NCBI GenBank assembly: GCA_964440305.1
Contig: CAYTRS010000002.1
Location: forward strand, 4,048 to 68,047
Direction: 5' to 3'
DNA length: 64,000 nucleotides
Source of the DNA: an uncultured Bdellovibrionales bacterium
GTDB taxonomy: Bacteria > Patescibacteriota > Minisyncoccia > Moranbacterales > JAKLHP01
The translations under genes and the position numbers were made by a program. The notes beneath the pieces are model-generated. The model was not told the origin of the DNA. It made no database searches and saw only the letters and a list, made by a program, of their open reading frames with translations. Positions 1 to 10,358 of this stretch are shown here, piece after piece. The stretch's first letter is position 1, and the number at the start of each line of letters is the position of its first letter.

Positions 1-3000
1 CTGATTCCGTTTTTCTCCTCCAACTGATCGATAAAATTTATCTGAGGTAGTTTGCAATATTTTTGACGGATCAATTACTTCCCGGCCAAATCCTCCGAGC
101 AAGCCATTTAATCCATAAGCCAATTTCATCGGTGAAACGCCCAAGGCTCGCCCCACGACCACTGCCGCATACGGCGTTTTATCGTCATATTGCTCCGTCG
201 GCGCAACCTGCTCAAGGCGTCGCGGCACTATCGGTCCTCCAGTGAAGAATGACTTATTGGTAGATAATTCTGCCGGCGTACGCAGGATTGGCGGTAATGC
301 TCCAGATAAAAACTGAGAGGCTGACAGTTCTCCATCCCGGGTAAACGGGATCGGCGCCAACTGACTCATCCATTCAAGCGCAAGCTTGGCAAAGTTATTC
401 GGTTCTCCCTTTCGCACATAGTCAAGAGAATATTCGATCGGATTATAGAAAATCTGGCCGACATCCCCTTTCGGGATAAGCACCATTTTCGGTATTCGAT
501 TACCGTCCGAATCCTTATCCTCTCCGACGATGATGGGAAAATAGGTATCTTTGATCCAGCGCGGTATGTCTTCATACAAATCCGGATAATTCAAAGCGTT
601 CCAAAAATAAGTCGTTACTCCCGGCGTAACAATCAAGGCTCCAGCCTTTACGGAAGATTTTACCGGACTCTCCTTGAAGACGCGTGCGGTATTGAGCAGT
701 GCCTGCCAGCGGGCATTTACAAAGGGCACCCACATATTGATGATTCTCATCTCTTGTCCGGCTTTGGCAAAATCAATCGTCGAGTTCCGAGCCTCAAATG
801 CGGCTTCCAGTGTTGATGCGCCATTTTTCAGAGCCCGTTTATAAACACCGAGACGCGGTGCGAGTTCCACTGCTTCTGCAAAATTACCTACAAGATCAAA
901 CGGATTGATAACAGCCTTGGTTCGTTTCCACCATATCGGTTCAAACAATTGATTTTTCACCCCGCTTATCTCCCTGGCTCCCTGGATAAAACCTCCAAAT
1001 CCTCCGCCATTCCGACCGAATTCTTCTATGAGTTTTGAATCCCACCCGAAGGCGCCTTTCAGCCCGTCTGCGAATCCCTTAACCCAATCAGCCGCATTGA
1101 ACCCGTACTTTGATGTCATGATAGTCATCTGTGCATCTCGCACGGCGTTGGAAAGAGAGAATGGAATATAGAGAGTCGTCGCTCCCTTGCGGAAAGCGGA
1201 GGATGTGAATTTGACAAAGTTGCCGAGTATGCCGGCTTCGACCTCGTTCATCTGATGCATCGCCCAGGAAAGCTCTTCCGGTACGATCCATTTTGTATTT
1301 ATTCCATCGGAAAACACGCTAATTGAACCCCAACCTTTCGGAACACGCTCGCTTTTTTCAAGCGGTTTTATGAATTCTTTCGCTTCAGGCATAATTTCCC
1401 TGATATTTATCAGTTTCTGAGCGACTTCATTGCGTTTGGTAAGATTTACCGCATTGCTTAATTTATCAATTATGGATTCGAAAGGATCGCGAATAATCTT
1501 TTCCGTTCCTTCCAGTTCATTTATTATACCCTGCCTTCCTACCGAAAATATCTCCGTGCCTTTCGGAAGAGCATCCAGAGCTGCCGGACCAGGCAACTCA
1601 TCTATCACATGAAATGGCATCCAATGCCTGTTTTTTGCAATAACCGAATTGTAGACATTTTCAGAAATGATTCCGGATTCAACAGCAGGTTTCAGAATTG
1701 CATCATCCGCCCATTTTTGAATCGCCTGCTCAGTCGCTTCGAATTTACTAAAGATCTCCGGGCCGACTTTCGCCTTAAGTTCTTCCACCGCTTGTCTTGC
1801 GGTATCGGATGTTACGCCTGCCGGATTGGCAAATCCTCTTTCCGCTCGCTCAAATGCGCGACGGGACAAAACAAAACGTGTAAAATCGGCACGCTCCTTG
1901 CTAAGAGGTGAAAGAATTTTTTGCAAATTGCCCAAATACGATTCGACTGTTCCCATGCGCCCGGCATACATGCGCGCAGCGATATAGGAACTTGAGTTGA
2001 TATCAATCGGTTTTCCAGCCATGTCACTGATCATTTCTTCGAAACGCTTGATAGGTGCAAACCGATCACTGAATGCTTCGGTAAATTTCTTGGGCGCACC
2101 TTTTATCCATTCAAGTAAATTTTTCGGCTTGCTGATTTTCCCAACCATGCCGTCAATAGCCTCAAGCGCGCTTCCTTCCGGAGAATCGGGAACATTCGAC
2201 AACGGAATTTCTGTCGGCGTCCTCGGAGGCGTTGGCGGAGGACTGATTTCATCCGTTCTTGGATTCTGCGGAGCGATTCTCTTTCCCTCTTTTATGACGG
2301 GATTCCCTTTTTCATTGATCGCTTCCAGCGCATTTTCCGATTTTGAAGTAAGATTGCGCGGACCGACAACTTGGAATTTTTCCGGATTCAAAATTTCAAC
2401 TTCGTCGCCGTAATGGACAGCATCATATCCTCGCTTTCTCAATTCATCCCTGGCAAGTTTTGATTCCTGAGCGTTTTTCGATTTTCCTACGGTCTGAGCC
2501 CATTCCTCACTGGATACGCTCAGTGTCTTTACTTCCTGGGTCGGTTTGACCTTGAGAATATTATTCCCGTACATGGAAGCTTCCTGCACTGTGGGCGCAA
2601 CATAGAAAGAATCTGGTGCTTCCGCGAACCCTTTTTTATTGAGACTTGTGTCGATTCCATTTTTCAGTATGGAGTCCGCATTCTCTTTCGTCGTTCCGTG
2701 ATATAAATCTTTTTCAAGTGTTTCCTTGTTTGCTCTCGCCACATCTATCAATTCCGTTTCTCTTTTTTCTATGCCATCCCTTATTGATCCGATCAAACCC
2801 GCATCTTTGCCTTCGGTCGCTATCTCAAATTTTCGCTTAAGCTCAGGCAAGGACAAATCGGCATTTTCAAATTCCATAAGATTCTTTCCTTCTTTTTCGA
2901 AATACTCAGCCGGCTTTACCGATTTAATTGTTTCTTCAATCTTTTCTACGGTTTGTTCGATAGGTTTTATTTCTTTGGCCAAACGGATGCCTGATTTCTC

Positions 3001-3567
3001 TAGAAGTTTTTCTCCGCCTTCTTTTAAAGTCTGCTCTGCGAAATTCTTTCCACCCTTTTCCATAATCATTTTTGCTACATCATCGCCATATCGTTTTATC
3101 AACTGTTCGCCAACTTCCTCAGCCACTTTTTTCTTTGGGATACCTGGAATAATATCAAGCGCAGTCATGGCAAATCCAAGAGGAAGTCCGTATTTCTGTG
3201 CGGTCTTCTGGCTTCCGCCGAATATTTGAATCGTCTCTTCGCCAGTACCTCGTATGTCCTTGATTGGTTTATCTCCGAAGAGAAACTTCTCAAATTTCGG
3301 CGCAACGCCGGCTCCGGGAATAAATTCCTTTTGATCTTCCACGGAAAGCGTAATCGATGCCGCGGCTCTTGGAGCTGCGCGAAGAACATCTTTGCCGAAA
3401 TTCAGAATGGATGTTCCGACTTTTTCCGTCGCTCCCGGAAGTTCACGCACAAAATCACGCGCCCGCACTTCATCGGGAACAGGCGCGAAAAAATCGCCTA
3501 AAGTCTTTTTTGTTTTTTCAGCTGCCTTTTTGAACGGCGCCGTTATTGTACTCCAAAAATTATTCAT
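1..3567 (-). CDS. Large phage virion-associated protein (>1189 aa, 3' end beyond window start); possible internal virion/ejection or minor head protein
   Basis: ATG at 3565-3567 (minus) opens a frame (coordinate mod 3 = 1) that no stop-containing ORF in the track occupies down to position 1. Hand translation gives MNNFWSTITAPFKKAAEKTKKTLGDFFAPVPDEVRARDFVREL and, around 2400-2640, NKKGFAEAPDSFYVAPTVQEASMYGNNILKVKPTQEVKTL...KRGYDAVHYGDE, which is protein-like. It lies at the distal end of the structural module. No motif I can name. Confidence 0.45.
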   Translation of the reverse strand, partial: MNNFWSTITAPFKKAAEKTKKTLGDFFAPVPDEVRARDFVRELPGATEKVGTSILNFGKDVLRAAPRAAASITLSVEDQKEFIPGAGVAPKFEKFLFGDKPIKDIRGTGEETIQIFGGSQKTAQKYGLPLGFAMTALDIIPGIPKKKVAEEVGEQLIKRYGDDVAKMIMEKGGKNFAEQTLKEGGEKLLEKSGIRLAKEIKPIEQTVEKIEETIKSVKPAEYFEKEGKNLMEFENADLSLPELKRKFEIATEGKDAGLIGSIRDGIEKRETELIDVARANKETLEKDLYHGTTKENADSILKNGIDTSLNKKGFAEAPDSFYVAPTVQEASMYGNNILKVKPTQEVKTLSVSSEEWAQTVGKSKNAQESKLARDELRKRGYDAVHYGDEVEILNPEKFQVVGPRNLTSKSENALEAINEKGNPVIKEGKRIAPQNPRTDEISPPPTPPRTPTEIPLSNVPDSPEGSALEAIDGMVGKISKPKNLLEWIKGAPKKFTEAFSDRFAPIKRFEEMISDMAGKPIDINSSSYIAARMYAGRMGTVESYLGNLQKILSPLSKERADFTRFVLSRRAFERAERGFANPAGVTSDTARQAVEELKAKVGPEIFSKFEATEQAIQKWADDAILKPAVESGIISENVYNSVIAKNRHWMPFHVIDELPGPAALDALPKGTEIFSVGRQGIINELEGTEKIIRDPFESIIDKLSNAVNLTKRNEVAQKLINIREIMPEAKEFIKPLEKSERVPKGWGSISVFSDGINTKWIVPEELSWAMHQMNEVEAGILGNFVKFTSSAFRKGATTLYIPFSLSNAVRDAQMTIMTSKYGFNAADWVKGFADGLKGAFGWDSKLIEEFGRNGGGFGGFIQGAREISGVKNQLFEPIWWKRTKAVINPFDLVGNFAEAVELAPRLGVYKRALKNGASTLEAAFEARNSTIDFAKAGQEMRIINMWVPFVNARWQALLNTARVFKESPVKSSVKAGALIVTPGVTTYFWNALNYPDLYEDIPRWIKDTYFPIIVGEDKDSDGNRIPKMVLIPKGDVGQIFYNPIEYSLDYVRKGEPNNFAKLALEWMSQLAPIPFTRDGELSASQFLSGALPPILRTPAELSTNKSFFTGGPIVPRRLEQVAPTEQYDDKTPYAAVVVGRALGVSPMKLAYGLNGLLGGFGREVIDPSKILQTTSDKFYRSVGGEKRNQ

Positions 3568-3575
3568 ATTGTTTT

Positions 3576-4661
3576 TTATACTCCGATGCGAAAAAGCCGA
3601 CCCAGAAACCCGCTGACGCCTGTAGCATTTTTAATATGCCACTCATCATCGATAATTTCCAAAGGAGATTTTTTCGAATCACTGAAACCCACATTGCCGT
3701 ATGATTGCTTAAGCTGCTCAGGACTGTAGCCCTCTTTCCACGCATCCCTGACTTCGCGCCTGAAAGTGCCCTCGGCCGTTATGCCTTTCTGAGCACTTGA
3801 AGCTGAATCTGTCTGAGGTGATTGTTTTTTGATATAATCCATTTCCGATTCCAGCTGCACCGCCAAATCTCCGGCATAGCCAAGCCGAGTGGGATCGGAA
3901 ACGCCTTGCACAATAAGCCGCTGAGCGGTCGCACGCATAGTCGGATCAGGTTCTAATCCCTGCTCAATGCGCGATGACAACGCGTTGCTTCCATTTTTTT
4001 CACGCTGATTGACTTCCTGCAATTTCAACATGAATTCTTTTTCCCAATGCTGTTCATTATCACTGCGTTCCAATTCGTTTTTTAGCAAATCTTTATAACT
4101 ATTCATCTGTTGAGTGAGATTGCCAAGGCCATATTTAAGCTCATCAACCTCGCGTTCTTTTTCGGCAGTTTCTGTAGCAACTTTTTTGGTTACTTCGTCG
4201 AGAGCGGAATTATAACTGCCAGCCAGGCTATTTCTTTCATCGACATAGTTATTAATTTTAGAATTAGCCAGCCGCTCAATTTCAGATGATTCTCCGGTAA
4301 TGGTTGCGGCTGAATAATATGGATTGAGACGAGTTTTACTGATTGATTCATCGCGGACTCCTTTCTCGCCGGCAATCCTAGAATCAACATCCGTTATTTT
4401 TGCCTTTATGTCTCCCAGCCCCTGTGACTTGTATTCTTGGTCGTATCGCGAGCTATAAAAATTTTTGAGTTTGCCTTGCGCTTTATCAAGCTTTTTCTGA
4501 ACGGTATCAATTTTTTTCTGGAGAGAAGAAAAATTTAATCCGGACGGAGAACCGGCCGTATCTGATGCGGATGTCGATTGAGCGCTGACGTTTCTTCCTA
4601 ATTGCTCCATCTGCTGACGAAATCCATCCCAGTCTATATTTGTTGCACTGTTATCTGCCAT
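3576..4661 (-). CDS. Phage structural protein, coiled-coil rich (361 aa)
   Basis: ORF track; long heptad-like segments (KKLDKAQGKLKNFY..., ELKYGLGNLTQQMNSYKDLLKNELE); packed between the tail fibre and the large virion protein. Confidence 0.4.
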   Translation of the reverse strand: MADNSATNIDWDGFRQQMEQLGRNVSAQSTSASDTAGSPSGLNFSSLQKKIDTVQKKLDKAQGKLKNFYSSRYDQEYKSQGLGDIKAKITDVDSRIAGEKGVRDESISKTRLNPYYSAATITGESSEIERLANSKINNYVDERNSLAGSYNSALDEVTKKVATETAEKEREVDELKYGLGNLTQQMNSYKDLLKNELERSDNEQHWEKEFMLKLQEVNQREKNGSNALSSRIEQGLEPDPTMRATAQRLIVQGVSDPTRLGYAGDLAVQLESEMDYIKKQSPQTDSASSAQKGITAEGTFRREVRDAWKEGYSPEQLKQSYGNVGFSDSKKSPLEIIDDEWHIKNATGVSGFLGRLFRIGV

Positions 4662-4665
4662 AAAT

Positions 4666-4881
4666 TTATGTACTCACTTTTTTGTTTTCCGTTATTTTCC
4701 CTGTTTTTAAATCAAAGATATATTCTTTCACGGGATCAAGACCGTATCTATGAAATCGACCTACAAGATATGTTTGCTTTTGCGTTTCAAGGGCCTGCGC
4801 AATAAGCGTATGTTGATGGATCATTTCCTGCCGTTTACGAAGCTCTTCGAGATCCGTTTTGTCTAATTTTTTTGTGAACAT
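4666..4881 (-). CDS. Small hypothetical protein (71 aa)
   Basis: ORF track; tightly packed in the structural module; ATTAAT-containing motif upstream. Confidence 0.3.
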   Translation of the reverse strand: MFTKKLDKTDLEELRKRQEMIHQHTLIAQALETQKQTYLVGRFHRYGLDPVKEYIFDLKTGKITENKKVST

Positions 4882-4920
4882 AAAAATGAGTTATTTTTTA
4901 TTAATTGCACCAAGCATTTT

Positions 4921-6000
4921 TTAAATGTCGTCATACCAAGCAACTCCATGCCAACTATAACCGTTATAAATCATCAGTCTTCCACCAGAACCCATACCGC
5001 TCGGATCTTTTTCCCAATACATTTGGCCTTCTACGGGATCGCTCGGCTGATCGCTTCCGATGCGCATTGATGTAAGGACATCTACGAATCCCCCGCCGAT
5101 TGCATTGTTTCCATAGAGACGCAGAATATCGTTTCCACTTGATGCTTTGAAAAAGATTCGATCATTACTTGTTGTATCGATAACAAGTGGACGGTTTCCC
5201 GATGTATCAATCCATATTCGAGCGTATCCGTTCGCTCCGTCATCAAGCATAAGCCCGTGTCCGGGACCAGCCTGAAGTCCGTAAGTGGAAACGCCGTTGA
5301 CCTGACGCAGATAACCGATTCGTATTCCGCCGTACGGCGTGGCCAAATATCCGGTCGAAGTCAGATTGATTGTTCCGGCCGTAATCTTGTCGGCACAGAC
5401 ATTGGCGATTTTGGCATTGTCTATGGCAAGATTGGCAATCTTCGCGTTAGTGACGGCCAAATTTTCAATATTGGCATTTTGCACTTCAGCCAAGCCGATC
5501 TTGGCTGACGTTATCTGTCCATCTCCGATTTTGGCATTAATAATTGCGCCGTCTACAATTTTTGCTGAGCTGATGACTGCATTTCCCAAATGCGCGTTTT
5601 GAATGACTCCCGTGCCAATATGCGCTCCGATTATTATCGCCGTATCAATTTGAGCCGATAGAGTCACCACCGCTTCGGTCTGAATAATCTTCGAGGCGTT
5701 AACTGCTCCGTTTCTTATTTTAGCCGTGGCTACCGCCGCATCGGCCAGTTTTTGTTCAGTCACTGACAATGCATCGAGATGCTGGCTGAGAATAGCACTG
5801 TCAATAATCTTGTTGGAGCTCACTGATTCATCCGCTAAAGCCGCTGTTCCGACCGCCCCGGATTTTATCTGAAGCGAATCAATGGAGGAAGGAGCTAATA
5901 ATGGTGAATTGTCCCCATCATGAGTATGCAATGGAGCTTCCGGGAAAGGCTGATCTTCCACTTCCTGATTGCCAAAAATTTTTTGCAAAAAATCGCTCAT
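4921..6000 (-). CDS. Phage tail fibre-like protein with short tandem peptide repeats
   Basis: Repeats such as NAKIGDGQITSAKIGLAEVQNANIENLAVTNAKIANLAIDNAKIAN (NAKI/xAxI periodicity) typical of fibre shafts. C-terminal globular part. Position in the tail region. Confidence 0.5.
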   Translation of the reverse strand: MSDFLQKIFGNQEVEDQPFPEAPLHTHDGDNSPLLAPSSIDSLQIKSGAVGTAALADESVSSNKIIDSAILSQHLDALSVTEQKLADAAVATAKIRNGAVNASKIIQTEAVVTLSAQIDTAIIIGAHIGTGVIQNAHLGNAVISSAKIVDGAIINAKIGDGQITSAKIGLAEVQNANIENLAVTNAKIANLAIDNAKIANVCADKITAGTINLTSTGYLATPYGGIRIGYLRQVNGVSTYGLQAGPGHGLMLDDGANGYARIWIDTSGNRPLVIDTTSNDRIFFKASSGNDILRLYGNNAIGGGFVDVLTSMRIGSDQPSDPVEGQMYWEKDPSGMGSGGRLMIYNGYSWHGVAWYDDI

Positions 6001-6008
6001 GATTTTTT

Positions 6009-7451
6009 TTATAGGATACCTATCGGTTCAAAATAAGTACTGGCTGCCACGATCTCCGGCGTGCTGTTTCCCGACGGATGCAAATCGAATGCGAGCTCGA
6101 ATGTCTCTCCCTTGCCTTTTTCTTCTCCTTCTTCGTCGCCGGTTTCAATGGTGAATACCACCTTCGTATTTCCTTCCCTGTCGAAACTATCTGCGCCGTC
6201 TTCCAGATATGCCTGCTTCCAATCGCCCTGCTCGTTGATTCGATAATATGCTTTTATCCAACATTGGGCTGAAAGCGGCTTAGTCAGGAGCTTGATGTGC
6301 CGAAATTCTTTTTGTAATTCCGGTTCGCCTGCGTCGAAGACCAATCCCTCATATCGAGCATCCGCTTTATTATTCAGATCGATCGTATCCACCCCGTAAA
6401 TTGAACCATCCTTCCATGAAACAAATACTTGATCTCCATAAACCGTCACTGCTCCGATTTCTACGTCAATAAGTTTTCCATGTGAAAGTATGTGTTCGAG
6501 ATTTAACGAATAAGGTTCATTTTTACTTAATCGTCCGTAAGAATAAAGTCCGCATTTGTCAGACCCCGTTACTCCGAAAAGTGCAACGCCTTTTTGATTG
6601 GCCACCGCTCCGGGATTCACCCATCCGCCTCCGGGAAATGCTTTGAAGCGAATAATATTTACCGTATCCCAATAATAGAGTCCTCCGCTGATACCAGCCT
6701 GCGCAATGATAAAGTCAGTCTGTATCATGGCGTTGATTCCCTTTTCGGCAATCATACGGCGCATAATCCATGAGGGCTGTTGCTTATCCCAAGTCCACAG
6801 CCAACCTTCCTCGATTTTGTCGCCCTTAGTCGAGCCGATGATAGCGATCTGATCTTGAGGCAATATAGTTTTTGTCCGATTGCCTGCAATAACATCTAGC
6901 GCTTGATTATTGAAATTACCCTCATAGTCAACCAGTGCAATGTATCGCCCATCACAAATCTGCAAAACTCCGACAGCCATAGTCATCGTGTGCCAAGCCG
7001 GATCACCATTCAGTGTTCCCAATGTTTGCACATCAGTACTCCAATTTCCTGAAAGCGGAATGCGTTTGATTTTTGTCTCAGTCGCCCAATATAAATATGC
7101 GATATAACTTCCTGATCCGTTATTGTTCGTATATTCGTCTGCACCACTGATTCTTCCGTCGGGATCGGTATATATAAGAGACCACGAAGAAGTTAGGGTA
7201 TCCTTGCGATAAATTCTGCCTGCATTCCCGAAACCATACAGTTTTCCATTCGAAGCCGGCACAAAAAATAAAATCAAATCCACAACGACATCCCCTGAGT
7301 CTTTTATGAGTGCTTGATTGCACTTTAGCGTATCCGCTCCGCCCCGAATATCCAGACCATAGCCGAAGCGGAAAGCTCCGGCAACGCCCTTATAGGCATC
7401 GTCTGAAATACCGCCGCGAAAACCTTTTATCCTGTATGCGTTAAGTCCCAT
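6009..7451 (-). CDS. Phage tail protein (480 aa), function unknown
   Basis: ORF track; beta-rich composition; lies between the lysin-containing tail protein and the fibre. Confidence 0.4.
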   Translation of the reverse strand: MGLNAYRIKGFRGGISDDAYKGVAGAFRFGYGLDIRGGADTLKCNQALIKDSGDVVVDLILFFVPASNGKLYGFGNAGRIYRKDTLTSSWSLIYTDPDGRISGADEYTNNNGSGSYIAYLYWATETKIKRIPLSGNWSTDVQTLGTLNGDPAWHTMTMAVGVLQICDGRYIALVDYEGNFNNQALDVIAGNRTKTILPQDQIAIIGSTKGDKIEEGWLWTWDKQQPSWIMRRMIAEKGINAMIQTDFIIAQAGISGGLYYWDTVNIIRFKAFPGGGWVNPGAVANQKGVALFGVTGSDKCGLYSYGRLSKNEPYSLNLEHILSHGKLIDVEIGAVTVYGDQVFVSWKDGSIYGVDTIDLNNKADARYEGLVFDAGEPELQKEFRHIKLLTKPLSAQCWIKAYYRINEQGDWKQAYLEDGADSFDREGNTKVVFTIETGDEEGEEKGKGETFELAFDLHPSGNSTPEIVAASTYFEPIGIL

Positions 7452-7454
7452 ATT

Positions 7455-8111
7455 TTATTGGTTGAAATCTTGCGGATTATTGTTTTTGTACAAGAAGCGC
7501 GAACTTGTCGCCTGTCCGACAAAACCGGCTTCTCCGCCTTCCTCATCCTGTCGGTCTTTTATTTGTTGAAGAATCGCTGTGGCTTCGAGAACCTGTCTGT
7601 CCGCGTCTGTGCTTCGGTTCGGTTCTTTCTTAAGACATATGCCGAGTGCGAATTTTATGATCGCTTCATCCATTTCCTCCGGCGTAATCGGTTCATCGGT
7701 ATCGTTCACAAGCGGAATAAGTCGCCGGCGATAATAAATATCGATGATTTTTCCATCTTCCACGGGAGTCGGTTTGATCAGATATTGATCACCCAAAAGA
7801 CAAAAAACGCTTTCCCACAAATGATTGCCGCTCTGATAATTCTCTATGCTCATTTTTGCATGCTCTTGTCCGTCAACCTTAAGAAACATCATTCCACCCG
7901 GTTTATAATCGAAAGGCAAAAAGTATGTTTCCACATCTTTCTCGGTCAGCTGAGTCGAATGGTGATTAAGAAAATTCCATTTGGCAAAATTACATGCGCG
8001 CACAATGGATTTATTGATCCATCTTTTTTTGTCTGCCTCGTTCCAAAATCCGGTTGTCTTGGCCGCCGACATACGTGCGTTTAGATCTTGTATAAATTCT
8101 TGTAATTGCAT
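7455..8111 (-). CDS. Hypothetical phage protein (218 aa)
   Basis: ORF track; 3-nt spacing to neighbours on both sides. Confidence 0.4.
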   Translation of the reverse strand: MQLQEFIQDLNARMSAAKTTGFWNEADKKRWINKSIVRACNFAKWNFLNHHSTQLTEKDVETYFLPFDYKPGGMMFLKVDGQEHAKMSIENYQSGNHLWESVFCLLGDQYLIKPTPVEDGKIIDIYYRRRLIPLVNDTDEPITPEEMDEAIIKFALGICLKKEPNRSTDADRQVLEATAILQQIKDRQDEEGGEAGFVGQATSSRFLYKNNNPQDFNQ

Positions 8112-8116
8112 ATGCG

Positions 8117-9763
8117 TTAAGGAATAAGTTTGCCCGTATCCCGATATTGATTTAAATATTCCATCAGATTATCGCCTGGGCAGTCGGTTGCATCGGGAAC
8201 TTCACGATGTCCGAGCACCCGGCATTTTGGAATACCGCGTTCTTTTCTGATTTTATCGAGAAGCTCCTGCAGAGTTGCCAGTTGCTCGGAACTGGGTTGC
8301 TCATTACCGCTCGTCGGATGAAAATTACCGCACACAGCGATACCAATCGATCGGTAATTCATTTTTTCGGTGTCGGCATGCGCACCGATCTTGTTTTCCG
8401 GACGCCCAATAATATGCGCTCCTAATCCATCCATCGCTCCCGCAATCCAGTGATGATAGGCGATATCTCCCCAACCGATTCCTATGTGATTATTTTTGAT
8501 CGTGCTGAAGCGAGTTGAGTCGCGTGGCGTTGCCGTGTGATGCACAATGATGAATTCGGGATAATTGGCTTTATCATATTTAGGCACATCTTTTTTCGTC
8601 GAACGAAAAGTGCGAAGCGTATCCCATACAACCACCAGTTTGGCTGCAAATTCCCCGTTGTTTTTTACATAGTCCCAAAGCAATTTATATTGCCCGCCCC
8701 ATGAAGATAAATTTTCCAAAACAAGACCGAGATTATTCGATGTGGTCCAGCCTTCACGATCGACAATCTCCTGAACTATTTCGCGCAAATCGGGCGATTC
8801 ATATACGCTATTGGCCGACCAGTGAATTCCTACGAATACGCCGTCGACCGTTTCACCAATCGTCCATTCTATTTGTGCTTTCGTTTTTATTCGTAATGAC
8901 GGTCGATTTGATCCGTCACTTGCAAATAGCGCCACATTATCTTCTGCGATTCCCTTTATAAGAAGATTCGGAAAACGATTGTTTTGGTCAGCTTGCGTGA
9001 GAAGAAGATGGGCGCCGATAATATTTGCGTAACGCGGAATATTCAATGCGCTGAATATGAAAGCGCCTTCATTTATTGAGATGCCGTCATTGCCAAGCGT
9101 GATAACATTGCCTGTCGGATTTGATTGCCAAGTGGTGCGATCTGTTTCCACGCCGTCACGATCCGTACCTGCAATCGTGCCAATGCTGACATTCTTAGTC
9201 GTGAACAGAACTTCCAATTCCGCTTCGTATCCCTTACCCTTACTGCTGTCATAGCATGTTGCGGCTTGATCGGAAGAAGATCCGTTATCCTCAATCGTCA
9301 GTGCCAGTGAATTGCCCGCCTTCCATCCGGTCTGCGCCACAATTTCTTCGATTATCAGTTTGAGATTCGGCGTTTGTGTCCATTCATGAACTTCCCATTT
9401 TTTGATAATGTGCCACGATACACTATTTACAGTCCTTGTTCGTTGACTTGGACGGGAAGTTTGCGTAAACGGTTTCGTGTCCGATTCTTTCATTCCTTTA
9501 ATAATCAGCTTTACATCCGGATCCACCGAATCGGTAACTGCGGGACGAATTTTTAATCGAGCCAAAACAATCTTGGCATTTCTCGGAATATCAATATTGC
9601 GAAAACGAAATGCTCCGAGATATAACGAACCGCTCATGTTTCCGAACGTGATAATATTACCGGCATTGCCGATGCCATTCCATGAAGTTGCGTCTTGCTC
9701 TCGTCCATCATCTATCGTTTCAGTAATCAGGGCGTTAATTTTGCCGATGTAATTCATTGGCAT
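8117..9763 (-). CDS. Tail/virion protein with C-terminal N-acetylmuramoyl-L-alanine amidase (amidase_2/PGRP, T7-lysozyme-like) domain; N-terminal part internally duplicated
   Basis: C-terminal IIVHHTATPRDS...GIGWGDIAYHHWI...GAHIIGRPENKIGAHADTE...IGIAVCGNFH...DCPG matches the amidase_2 zinc-amidase signature. N-terminal halves show a repeated pattern (NAKIVLARLKIRP.../ANIIGAHLLLTQ...; PNLKLIIEEIVAQTGWKAGNSLALTIEDNG / PDLREIVQEIVDREGWTTSNNLGLVLENLS). Confidence 0.65.
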   Translation of the reverse strand: MPMNYIGKINALITETIDDGREQDATSWNGIGNAGNIITFGNMSGSLYLGAFRFRNIDIPRNAKIVLARLKIRPAVTDSVDPDVKLIIKGMKESDTKPFTQTSRPSQRTRTVNSVSWHIIKKWEVHEWTQTPNLKLIIEEIVAQTGWKAGNSLALTIEDNGSSSDQAATCYDSSKGKGYEAELEVLFTTKNVSIGTIAGTDRDGVETDRTTWQSNPTGNVITLGNDGISINEGAFIFSALNIPRYANIIGAHLLLTQADQNNRFPNLLIKGIAEDNVALFASDGSNRPSLRIKTKAQIEWTIGETVDGVFVGIHWSANSVYESPDLREIVQEIVDREGWTTSNNLGLVLENLSSWGGQYKLLWDYVKNNGEFAAKLVVVWDTLRTFRSTKKDVPKYDKANYPEFIIVHHTATPRDSTRFSTIKNNHIGIGWGDIAYHHWIAGAMDGLGAHIIGRPENKIGAHADTEKMNYRSIGIAVCGNFHPTSGNEQPSSEQLATLQELLDKIRKERGIPKCRVLGHREVPDATDCPGDNLMEYLNQYRDTGKLIP

Positions 9764-9765
9764 AT

Positions 9766-10353
9766 CTATGCTTTACGCAAAGCGATAAGTGGAACAGGCA
9801 GACTCCAATCGGTCGGACTACCCGTCGGAAAAATCAAGGGCAATGCGCCATAAGTTTGCGTTATCGCATAGCCGAGATAAGGCGTGCCTGTCAGCCCGTT
9901 ATCTAATCCAAGGAATGAAGCGAAGGCATCCGCTGCCGGAATTGCGGCGACAGCTAACGATGCCGTGTCTTGACCTATCAAAGTGAGCCAGTACAGCTTC
10001 CCGCCTTTCAAAACTATATTTATTGCTTTTTCCTTGAGCCCGGTCGTGTTCACATCAACTTCGCCCGCATCAAGCGCGAGTGCGCCCGGATAAACACTTC
10101 CGTCTCCCTTGTCTTCATAAATACCAAGACGAACACGTGGCGTAGTGCCAGTGCCCGCAGTAGTCACGCGAATTGCAATTCGATCGAACTTCATTGTTCT
10201 CGGAACGAAAAACGGAAACGCGCGAAGAGAGTTCGCTGAAGATAACGCTTGCGTAGCAACCGTACCGCCCGTAAGAAACGACCCGAAATATCTGCCAGTC
10301 TTTCTTATTCGCAGAAAAGAGAAGTCTCCTTTTTGTGGGATGAATTCAGCCAT
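9766..10353 (-). CDS. Phage structural protein (195 aa; tail-tubular-A-like by position)
   Basis: ORF track; position after the capsid cluster; no motif. Confidence 0.4.
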   Translation of the reverse strand: MAEFIPQKGDFSFLRIRKTGRYFGSFLTGGTVATQALSSANSLRAFPFFVPRTMKFDRIAIRVTTAGTGTTPRVRLGIYEDKGDGSVYPGALALDAGEVDVNTTGLKEKAINIVLKGGKLYWLTLIGQDTASLAVAAIPAADAFASFLGLDNGLTGTPYLGYAITQTYGALPLIFPTGSPTDWSLPVPLIALRKA

Positions 10354-10358
10354 AAATA

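Noticed and set aside
1609-3229. Plus-strand ORFs 1609-1911, 1997-2413, 2726-3229 (100-167 aa)
   Set aside because: They lie antisense inside the long uninterrupted minus-strand frame (1-3567). Their composition is Ser/Phe/Ile-rich and low complexity, typical of shadow ORFs.
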